This document shows positions 1 through 11,800 of a DNA stretch of 64,000 nucleotides, piece by piece. The DNA is taken from assembly GCF_009914755.1 (NCBI RefSeq), contig NC_060939.1. One strand, written 5' to 3'. The translations under genes and the position numbers were made by a program. Within the stretch, counting starts at the first letter, position 1. The number at the start of each line of letters is the position of its first letter. Source of the DNA: the human T2T-CHM13v2.0 reference genome, Homo sapiens. The notes under the pieces were generated by a model. That model was not told the DNA's origin. It did not search any database and was given only the letters and a program-made list of their open reading frames with translations.

Positions 1-11
1 TTCCATTCCAT

Positions 12-1785
12 TTGATGCCATTCCATTCAATTCTGTTCTACTCGACTCCAATACATTCAATTCCATTCCATCCGATTCCATTACATTCTTTTCATTTCTT
101 ATCCATTTCAAGCCATTCCACTCCATTCCATTCCACTCGTTTCCTTTCCATTCGAGTCCATTCCTCTCCAGTCCATTCCGTTCAATCCATTCCATTCCAG
201 TCCATTCCATTCGAGTCCGTTCCATTCCAGTCCATTCCATTCGAGTCAATTCCATCCCATTCGATGTCTTTCCATAACGATCCATTCCATTCTATTCCTT
301 TCGATTCCATTCCATTCTATTTCATTCCATTCGATTCCCTTCCATTGGACTCCTTTCCATTCGAGTGCATTCCATTCCGTTCCATTTCTTTCCGTTCTGT
401 ACGATTCCTACCGTTCGATTTCATTTTGTTCCAGTCCATTCCTTTCGCGTCCATTCCATTCCATTTCACTCCATTCGATTCCATTCCACTCGATTCCACT
501 TCGTTCCATTTCATTGCATTCCATTCTATTCAACTCTATTGCCTTCCATTCCATTCCATTCGATTACATTCCATGCGATTCCATTCGAAATCGAATCAAT
601 TACATTGCAATCCATTACTATTGAGTCCATTTTATTCCAGTCCACTGCATTCTGGTCCATTCCATTTGATTCCATTCCATTCTATTCCATTCCATACAGT
701 TGCATTCCATTGAACTCCATTGTATATCTATAAATTCAATTCGAGACCATTGCTTTTGAGTCCATTCTATATGATTCCATTCCATTCAAGTCCATTACAT
801 TTGGTTCAATTCCATTCCATTCCATTCCCTTCCATTCCATTCCAGTTGATATCAATCCATTCGATTCCATTCCATTCGAGCACATTCCATTCGAGTCCAT
901 TCCATTCGATGCCATTCCATTTGATTCTATTCCATTAGTCTCCATTCAATTCCATTAATCTCCATTCCATTCCATTCTACTCCAACTGATTCCATTCCAT
1001 TCTATTACTTTCCATTCCATTTCATTCCATTCCATTCCATTTCATTCCATTCCATTCCATTCCATTCCATTCGCTTCCATTCCATTCGTGTCCATTGCAT
1101 TCCAGTCCATTCCATTTGTGTCCACTGCATTCCATTCCACTCCATTCCATATTATTCCATTACACTCCATTCCATTCTATTACTTTCATTTCCATTGAAT
1201 TCCATTCCATTTGATTCCATTCCACTCGGTTTCATTCCATTTGAGTCCACTCCACTCCATTCCATTCCATTCCATTCCATTCAGTTCCATTCCATTCTGT
1301 TCCATTCCATTCCGTTCCATTGCATTCCATTCCATTCGGTACCATTCCATATTGTTCCATTCGATTCCATTCGAATCCATTCCATTCCAGTCCATTCCAT
1401 TCGATTCCATTCCATTCCTTTCAATTCCATTCCATTCCATTCCATTCCACTTGATTCCACTCCATTCCCTTCCACTGCATTCCATTGCATTGCATTCCAT
1501 TCCATTGGACTGCATTCCATTCGATTCCATTCCATTCGAATCAATTACATAGCAATCCATTACATTCGAGTCTATTCTATTCCGTTCCATTCGATTTCGT
1601 TCCAATCCATTCGATTCCATTCCATTCGATTCCATTCCATACTATTGCATTCCATTCTATTACATTATATTCGAATAAGTTCCATTCAAGACCATTTCTT
1701 TTGAGTCCATTCTATTTGAGTCCATTCCCTTTGATTCCATAACATTTGAGTCCATTCAATTCCATTCCTTTCGTTTCCATTCCAT
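12..1785 (+). repeat. Representative higher-order unit U1 (1774 bp)
   Basis: Runs from one landmark to the next. Internal markers are CTGTACGATTCCTACCG (~397-413), GAAATCGAATC (587-597), TATAAAT (729-735), EcoRV GATATC (848-853), KpnI GGTACC (1338-1343) and CGAATAAGTT (~1672-1681), all repeated in the same order in the other units apart from the point variants described below. Confidence 0.95.
1338..1343. other. KpnI site GGTACC, one per unit (diagnostic 1.8 kb restriction periodicity)
   Basis: CATTCGGTACCATTCC is seen here and at the equivalent position in the following units (e.g. ~3131, ~4935, ~6748, ~62226). Confidence 0.95.
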
Positions 1786-2805
1786 TTGATGCCATTCCAT
1801 TCAATTCTGTTCTACTCGACTCCAATACATTCAATTCCATTCCATCCGATTCCATTACATTCTTTTCATTTCTTATCCATTTCAAGCCATTCCACTCCAT
1901 TCCATTCCACTCGTTTCCTTTCCATTCGAGTCCATTCCTCTCCAGTCCATTCCGTTCAATCCATTCCATTCCAGTCCATTCCATTCGAGTCCGTTCCATT
2001 CCAGTCCATTCCATTCGAGTCAATTCCATTCCATTCGATGTCTTTCCATAACGATCCATTCCATTCTATTCCTTTCGATTCCATTCCATTCTATTTCATT
2101 CCATTCGATTCCCTTCCATTGGACTCCTTTCCATTCGAGTGCATTCCATTCCGTTCCATTTCTTTCCGTTCTGTACGATTCCTACCGTTCGATTTCATTT
2201 TGTTCCAGTCCATTCTTTCGCGTCCATTCCATTCCATTTCACTCCATTCGATTCCATTCCACTCGATTCCACTTCGTTCCATTTCATTGCATTCCATTCT
2301 ATTCAACTCTATTGCCTTCCATTCCATTCCATTCGATTACATTCCATGCGATTCCATTCGAAATCAAATCAATTACATTGCAATCCATTACTATTGAGTC
2401 CGTTTTATTCCAGTCCACTGCATTCTGGTCCATTCCATTTGATTCCATTCCATTCTATTCCATTCCATACAGTTGCATTCCATTGGATTCCATGCTATAT
2501 CTATAAATTCAATTCGAGACCATTGCTTTTGAGTCCATTCTATATGATTCCATTCCATTCAAGTCCATTACATTTGGTTAAATTCCATTCCATTCGGTTC
2601 AATTCCATTCCATTCCATTCCCTTCCATTCCATTCCAGTTGATATCAATCCATTCGATTCCATTCCATTCGAGCACATTCCATTCGAGTCCATTCCATTC
2701 GATGCCATTCCATTTGATTCTATTCCATTAGTCTCCATTCAATTCCATTAATCTCCATTCCATTCCATTCTACTCCAAATGATTCCATTCCATTCTATTC
2801 CTTTC

Positions 2806-2860
2806 CATTCCATTCCATTCCATTCCATTCCATTCCATTCCATTCCATTCCATTCCATTC
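2806..2860 (+). repeat. Perfect (CATTC)11 microsatellite tract at the length-variable site of the unit
   Basis: Eleven uninterrupted CATTC copies lie between CTTTC and GTGTC. Equivalent tracts in other units are shorter or interrupted by CATTT. Confidence 0.9.
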
Positions 2861-5800
2861 GTGTCCATTCCAATCCAGTCCATTCCATTCGTATCCATTC
2901 CATTCCAGTCCATTCCATTTGTGTCCACTGCATTCCATTCCACTCCATTCCATATTATTCCATTACACTCCATTCCATTCTATTACTTTCATTTCCATTC
3001 AATTAAATTCCATTTGATTCCATTCCACTCGGTTTCATTCCATTTGAGTCCACTCCATTCCATTCCATTCCATTCAGTTCCATTCCATTCTGTTCCATTC
3101 CATTCCGTTCCATTACATTCCATTCCATTCGGTACCATCCCATATTGTTCCATTCGATTCCATTCGAATCCATTCCATTCCAGTCCATTCCATTCGATTC
3201 CATTCCATTCATTTCAATTCCATTCCATTCCATTCCATTACATTCCACTTGATTCCTCTCCATTCCCTTCCACTGCATTCCGTTCGATTCCATTCCATTG
3301 CATTGCATTCAATTCCATTGGATTGCATTCCATTCGATTCCATTCCATTCGAATCAATTACATAGCAATCCATTACATTCGAGTCTATTCTCTTCCGTTC
3401 CATTCGATTTCGTTCCAATCCATTCGATTCCATTCCATTCGATTCCATTCCATACTGTTGCATTCCATTCGATTACATTATATTCGAATAAGTTCCATTC
3501 AAGACCATTTCTTTTGAGTCCATTCTATTTGAGTCCATTCCCTTTGATTCCATAACATTTGAGTCCATTCAATTCCATTCCTTTCGTTTCCATTCCATTT
3601 GATGCCATTCCATTCAATTCTGTTCTACTCGACTCCAATACATTCAATTCCATTCCATCCGATTCCATTACATTCTTTTCATTTCTTATCCATTTCAAGC
3701 CATTCCACTCCATTCCATTCCACTCGTTTCCTTTCCATTCGAGTCCATTCCTCTCCAGTCCATTCCGTTCAATCCATTCCATTCCAGTCCATTCCATTCG
3801 AGTCCGTTCCATTCCAGTCCATTCCATTCGAGTCAATTCCATTCCATTCGATGTCTTTCCATAACGATCCATGCCATTCTATTCCTTTCGATTCCATTCC
3901 ATTCTATTTCATTCCATTCGATTCCCTTCCATTGGACTCCTTTCCATTCGAGTGCATTCCATTCCGTTCCATTTCTTTCCGTTCTGTACGATTCCTACCG
4001 TTCGATTTCATTTTGTTCCAGTCCATTCCTTTCGCGTCCATTCCATTCCATTTCACTCCATTCGATTCCATTCCACTCGATTCCACTTCGTTCCATTTCA
4101 TTGCATTCCATTCTATTCAACTCTATTGCCTTCCATTCCATTCCATTCGATTACATTCCATGCGATTCCATTCGAAATCAAATCAATTACATTGCAATCC
4201 ATTACTATTGAGTCCGTTTAATTCCAGTCCACTGCATTCTGGTCCATTCCATTTGATTCCATTCCATTCTATTCCATTCCATACAGTTGCATTCCATTGG
4301 ATTCCATGCTATATCTATAAATTCAATTCGAGACCATTGCTTTTGAGTCCATTCTATATGATTCCATTCCATTCAAGTCCATTACATTTGGTTAAATTCC
4401 ATTCCATTCGGTTCAATTCCATTCCATTCCATTCCCTTCCATTCCATTCCAGTTGATATCAATCCATTCGATTCCATTCCATTCGAGCACATTCCATTCG
4501 AGTCCATTCCATTCGATGCCATTCCATTTGATTCTATTCCATTAGTCTCCATTCAATTCCATTAATCTCCATTCCATTCCATTCTACTCCAACTGATTCC
4601 ATTCCATTCTATTCCTTTCCATTCCATTCCATTCCATTCCATTCCATTCCATTCCATTCCATTCGTGTCCATTCCACTCCAGTCCATTCCATTCGTATCC
4701 ATTCCATTCCAGTCCATTCCATTTGTGTCCACTGCATTCCATTCCACTCCATTCCATATTATTCCATTACACTCCATTCCATTCTATTACTTTCATTTCC
4801 ATTCAATTCCATTCCATTTGATTCCATTCCACTCGGTTTCATTCCATTTGAGTCCACTCCATTCCATTCCATTCCATTCAGTTCCATTCCATTCTGTTCC
4901 ATTCCATTCCGTTCCATTACATTCCATTCCATTCGGTACCATTCCATGTTGTTCCATTCGATTCCATTCGAATCCATTCCATTCCAGTCCATTCCATTCG
5001 ATTCCATTCCATTCATTTCAATTCCATTCCATTCCATTCCATTACATTCCACTTGATTCCTCTCCATTCCCTTCCACTGCATTCCGTTCGATTCCATTCC
5101 ATTGCATTGCATTCCATTCCATTGGATTGCATTCCATTCGATTCCATTCCATTCGAATCAATTACATAGCAATCCATTACATTCGAGTCTATTCTCTTCC
5201 GTTCCATTCGATTTCGTTCCAATCCATTCGATTCCATTCCATTCGATTCCATTCCATACTATTGCATTCCATTCGATTACATTATATTCGAATAAGTTCC
5301 ATTCAAGACCATTTCTTTTGAGTCCATTCTATTTGAGTCCATTCCCTTTGATTCCATAACATTTGAGTCCATTCAATTCCATTCCTTTCGTTTCCATTCC
5401 ATTTGATGCCATTCCATTCAATTCTGTTCTACTCGACTCCAATACATTCAATTCCATTCCATCCGATTCCATTACATTCTTTTCATTTCTTATCCATTTC
5501 AAGCCATTCCACTCCATTCCATTCCACTCGTTTCCTTTCCATTCGAGTCCATTCCTCTCCAGTCCATTCCGTTCAATCCATTCCATTCCAGTCCATTCCA
5601 TTCGAGTCCGTTCCATTCCAGTCCATTCCATTCGAGTCAATTCCATTCCATTCGATGTCTTTCCATAACGATCCATTCCATTCTATTCCTTTCGATTCCA
5701 TTCCATTCTATTTCATTCCATTCGATTCCCTTCCATTGGACTCCTTTCCATTCGAGTGCATTCCATTCCGTTCCATTTCTTTCCGTTCTGTACGATTCCT

Positions 5801-8800
5801 ACCGTTCGATTTCATTTTGTTCCAGTCCATTCTTTCGCGTCCATTCCATTCCATTTCACTCCATTCGATTCCATTCCACTCGATTCCACTTCGTTCCATT
5901 TCATTGCATTCCATTCTATTCAACTCTATTGCCTTCCATTCCATTCCATTCGATTACATTCCATGCGATTCCATTCGAAATCGAATCAATTACATTGCAA
6001 TCCATTACTATTGAGTCCGTTTTATTCCAGTCCACTGCATTCTGGTCCATTCCATTTGATTCCATTCCATTCTATTCCATTCCATACAGTTGCATTCCAT
6101 TGGATTCCATGCTATATCTATAAATTCAATTCGAGACCATTGCTTTTGAGTCCATTATATATGATTTCATTCCATTCAAGTCCATTACATTTGGTTAAAT
6201 TCCATTCCATTCGGTTCAATTCCATTCCATTCCATTCCCTTCCATTCCATTCCAGTTGATATCAATCCATTCGATTCCATTCCATTCGAGCACATTCCAT
6301 TCGAGTCCATTCCATTCGATGCCATTCCATTTGATTCTATTCCATTAGTCTCCATTCAATTCCATTAATCTCCATTCCATTCCATTCTACTCCAACTGAT
6401 TCCATTCCATTCTATTACTTTCCATTCCATTTCATTCCATTCCATTCCATTTCATTCCATTCCATTCCATTCCATTCCATTCGCTTCCATTCCATTCGTG
6501 TCCATTGCATTCCAGTCCATTCCATTTGTGTCCACTGCATTCCATTCCACTCCATTCCATATTATTCCATTACACTCCATTCCATTCTATTACTTTCATT
6601 TCCATTCAATTCCATTCCATTTGATTCCATTCCACTCGGTTTCATTCCATTTGAGTCCACTCCACTCCATTCCATTCCATTCCATTCCATTCAGTTCCAT
6701 TCCATTCTGTTCCATTCCATTCCGTTCCATTGCATTCCATTCCATTCGGTACCATTCCATATTGTTCCATTCGATTCCATTCGAATCCATTCCATTCCAG
6801 TCCATTCCATTCAATTCCATTTTATTCCTTTCAATTCCATTCCATTCCATTCCATTCCACTTGATTCCACTCCATTCCCTTCCACTGCATTCCATTGCAT
6901 TGCATTCCATTCCATTGGACTGCATTCCATTCGATTCCATTCCATTCGAATCAATTACATAGCAATCCATTACATTCGAGTCTATTCTATTCCGTTCCAT
7001 TCGATTTCATTCCAATCCATTCGATTCCATTCCATTCGATTCCATTCCATACTATTGCATTCCATTCGATTACATTATATTCGAATAAGTTCCATTCAAG
7101 ACCATTTCTTTTGAGTCCATTCTATTTGAGTCCATTCCCTTTGATTCCATAACATTTGAGTCCATTCAATTCCATTCCTTTCGTTTCCATTCCATTTGAT
7201 GCCATTCCATTCAATTCTGTTCTACTCGACTCCAATACATTCAATTCCATTCCATCCGATTCCATTACATTCTTTTCATTTCTTATCCATTTCAAGCCAT
7301 TCCACTCCATTCCATTCCACTCGTTTCCTTTCCATTCGAGTCCATTCCTCTCCAGTCCATTCCGTTCAATCCATTCCATTCCAGTCCATTCCATTCGAGT
7401 CCGTTCCATTCCAGTCCATTCCATTCGAGTCAATTCCATTCCATTCGATGTCTTTCCATAACGATCCATGCCATTCTATTCCTTTCGATTCCATTCCATT
7501 CTATTTCATTCCATTCGATTCCCTTCCATTGGACTCCTTTCCATTCGAGTGCATTCCATTCCGTTCCATTTCTTTCCGTTCTGTACGATTCCTACCGTTC
7601 GATTTCATTTTGTTCCAGTCCATTCCTTTCGCGTCCATTCCATTCCATTTCACTCCATTCGATTCCATTCCACTCGATTCCACTTCGTTCCATTTCATTG
7701 CATTCCATTCTATTCAACTCTATTGCCTTCCATTCCATTCCATTCGATTACATTCCATGCGATTCCATTCGAAATCAAATCAATTACATTGCAATCCATT
7801 ACTATTGAGTCCGTTTAATTCCAGTCCACTGCATTCTGGTCCATTCCATTTGATTCCATTCCATTCTATTCCATTCCATACAGTTGCATTCCATTGGATT
7901 CCATGCTATATCTATAAATTCAATTCGAGACCATTGCTTTTGAGTCCATTCTATATGATTCCATTCCATTCAAGTCCATTACATTTGGTTAAATTCCATT
8001 CCATTCGGTTCAATTCCATTCCATTCCATTCCCTTCCATTCCATTCCAGTTGATATCAATCCATTCGATTCCATTCCATTCGAGCACATTCCATTCGAGT
8101 CCATTCCATTCGATGCCATTCCATTTGATTCTATTCCATTAGTCTCCATTCAATTCCATTAATCTCCATTCCATTCCATTCTACTCCAACTGATTCCATT
8201 CCATTCTATTCCTTTCCATTCCATTCCATTCCATTCCATTCCATTCCATTCCATTCCATTCGTGTCCATTCCACTCCAGTCCATTCCATTCGTATCCATT
8301 CCATTCCAGTCCATTCCATTTGTGTCCACTGCATTCCATTCCACTCCATTCCATATTATTCCATTACACTCCATTCCATTCTATTACTTTCATTTCCATT
8401 CAATTCCATTCCATTTGATTCCATTCCACTCGGTTTCATTCCATTTGAGTCCACTCCATTCCATTCCATTCCATTCAGTTCCATTCCATTCTGTTCCATT
8501 CCATTCCGTTCCATTACATTCCATTCCATTCGGTACCATTCCATGTTGTTCCATTCGATTCCATTCGAATCCATTCCATTCCAGTCCATTCCATTCGATT
8601 CCATTCCATTCATTTCAATTCCATTCCATTCCATTCCATTACATTCCACTTGATTCCTCTCCATTCCCTTCCACTGCATTCCGTTCGATTCCATTCCATT
8701 GCATTGCATTCCATTCCATTGGATTGCATTCCATTCGATTCCATTCCATTCGAATCAATTACATAGCAATCCATTACATTCGAGTCTATTCTCTTCCGTT

Positions 8801-11800
8801 CCATTCGATTTCGTTCCAATCCATTCGATTCCATTCCATTCGATTCCATTCCATACTATTGCATTCCATTCGATTACATTATATTCGAATAAGTTCCATT
8901 CAAGACCATTTCTTTTGAGTCCATTCTATTTGAGTCCATTCCCTTTGATTCCATAACATTTGAGTCCATTCAATTCCATTCCTTTCGTTTCCATTCCATT
9001 TGATGCCATTCCATTCAATTCTGTTCTACTCGACTCCAATACATTCAATTCCATTCCATCCGATTCCATTACATTCTTTTCATTTCTTATCCATTTCAAG
9101 CCATTCCACTCCATTCCATTCCACTCGTTTCCTTTCCATTCGAGTCCATTCCTCTCCAGTCCATTCCGTTCAATCCATTCCATTCCAGTCCATTCCATTC
9201 GAGTCCGTTCCATTCCAGTCCATTCCATTCGAGTCAATTCCATTCCATTCGATGTCTTTCCATAACGATCCATTCCATTCTATTCCTTTCGATTCCATTC
9301 CATTCTATTTCATTCCATTCGATTCCCTTCCATTGGACTCCTTTCCATTCGAGTGCATTCCATTCCGTTCCATTTCTTTCCGTTCTGTACGATTCCTACC
9401 GTTCGATTTCATTTTGTTCCAGTCCATTCTTTCGCGTCCATTCCATTCCATTTCACTCCATTCGATTCCATTCCACTCGATTCCACTTCGTTCCATTTCA
9501 TTGCATTCCATTCTATTCAACTCTATTGCCTTCCATTCCATTCCATTCGATTACATTCCATGCGATTCCATTCGAAATCGAATCAATTACATTGCAATCC
9601 ATTACTATTGAGTCCGTTTTATTCCAGTCCACTGCATTCTGGTCCATTCCATTTGATTCCATTCCATTCTATTCCATTCCATACAGTTGCATTCCATTGG
9701 ATTCCATGCTATATCTATAAATTCAATTCGAGACCATTGCTTTTGAGTCCATTATATATGATTTCATTCCATTCAAGTCCATTACATTTGGTTAAATTCC
9801 ATTCCATTCGGTTCAATTCCATTCCATTCCATTCCCTTCCATTCCATTCCAGTTGATATCAATACATTCGATTCCATTCCATTCGAGCACATTCCATTCG
9901 AGTCCATTCCATTCGATGCCATTCCATTTGATTCTATTCCATTAGTCTCCACTCAATTCCATTAATCTCCATTCCATTCCATTCTACTCCAACTGATTCC
10001 ATTCCATTCTATTCCTTTCCATTCCATTTCATTCCATTCCATTCCATTCCATTCCATTCCATTCCATTCCATTCCATTCGTGTCCATTCCACTCCAGTCC
10101 ATTCCATTCGTATCCATTCCATTCCAGTCCATTCCATTTGTGTCCACTGCATTCCATTCCACTCCATTCCATATTATTCCATTACACTCCATTCCATTCT
10201 ATTACTTTCATTTCCATTCAATTCCATTCCATTTGATTCCATTCCACTCGGTTTCATTCCATTTGAGTCCACTCCATTCCATTCCATTCCATTCAGTTCC
10301 ATTCCATTCTGTTCCATTCCATTCCGTTCCGTTACATTCCATTCCATTCGGTACCATTCCATATTGTTCCATTCGATTCCATTCGAATCCATTCCATTCC
10401 AGTCCATTCCATTCGATTCCATTCCATTCATTTCAATTCCATTCCATTCCATTCCATTACATTCCACTTGATTCCTCTCCATTCCCTTCCACTGCATTCC
10501 GTTCGATTCCATTCCATTGCATTGCATTCCATTCCATTGGATTGCATTCCATTCGATTCCATTCCATTCGAATCAATTACATAGCAATCCATTACATTCG
10601 AGTCTATTCTCTTCCGTTCCATTCGATTTCGTTCCAATCCATTCGATTCCATTCCATTCGATTCCATTCCATAGTATTGCATTCCATTCGATTACATTAT
10701 ATTCGAATAAGTTCCATTCAAGACCATTTCTTTTGAGTCCATTCTATTTGAGTCCATTCCCTTTGATTCCATAACATTTGAGTCCATTCAATTCCATTCC
10801 TTTCGTTTCCATTCCATTTGATGCCATTCCATTCAATTCTGTTCTACTCGACTCCAATACATTCAATTCCATTCCATCCGATTCCATTACATTCTTTTCA
10901 TTTCTTATCCATTTCAAGCCATTCCACTCCATTCCATTCCACTCGTTTCCTTTCCATTCGAGTCCATTCCTCTCCAGTCCTTTCCGTTCAATCCATTCCA
11001 TTCCAGTCCATTCCATTCGAGTCCGTTCCATTCCAGTCCATTCCATTCGAGTCAATTCCATTCCATTCGATGTCTTTCCATAACGATCCATTCCATTCTA
11101 TTCCTTTCGATTCCATTCCATTCTATTTCATTCCATTCGATTCCCTTCCATTGGACTCCTTTCCATTCGAGTGCATTCCATTCCGTTCCATTTCTTTCCG
11201 TTCTGTACGATTCCTACCGTTCGATTTCATTTTGTTCCAGTCCATTCTTTCGCGTCCATTCCATTCCATTTCACTCCATTCGATTCCATTCCACTCGATT
11301 CCACTTCGTTCCATTTCATTGCATTCCATTCTATTCAACTCTATTGCCTTCCATTCCATTCCATTCGATTACATTCCATGCGATTCCATTCGAAATCGAA
11401 TCAATTACATTGCAATCCATTACTATTGAGTCCGTTTTATTCCAGTCCACTGCATTCTGGTCCATTCCATTTGATTCCATTCCATTCTATTCCATTCCAT
11501 ACAGTTGCATTCCATTGGATTCCATGCTATATCTATAAATTCAATTCGAGACCATTGCTTTTGAGTCCATTCTATATGATTCCATTCCATTCAAGTCCAT
11601 TACATTTGGTTAAATTCCATTCCATTCGGTTCAATTCCATTCCATTCCATTCCCTTCCATTCCATTCCAGTTGATATCAATCCATTCGATTCCATTCCAT
11701 TCGAGCACATTCCATTCGAGTCCATTCCATTCGATGCCATTCCATTTGATTCTATTCCATTAGTCTCCATTCAATTCCATTAATCTCCATTCCATTCCAT

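Noticed and set aside
582-600. TTCGAAATCGAATC and CGAATAAGTTCC as heat-shock elements (HSF1)
   Set aside because: The spacing does not fit the nTTCnnGAAn/nGAAnnTTCn inverted array. HSF1 association with SatIII is known mainly for the chr9 array and cannot be inferred here.
1338-1343. Short palindromes (GGTACC, GATATC, TTCGAA, TCGCG) as hairpins, terminators or recombination sites
   Set aside because: They are only 4-6 bp and arise from one or two substitutions in the pentamer. The G-poor strand cannot form extended Watson-Crick stems.
1712-2059. Apparently conserved 115-aa minus-strand ORF (MDRYGKTSNG...) in most units
   Set aside because: Its conservation just reflects near-identity of the units. 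It is truncated or frameshifted in some copies (30629, 43027, 55436, 59043), and there is no evidence of selection or expression.
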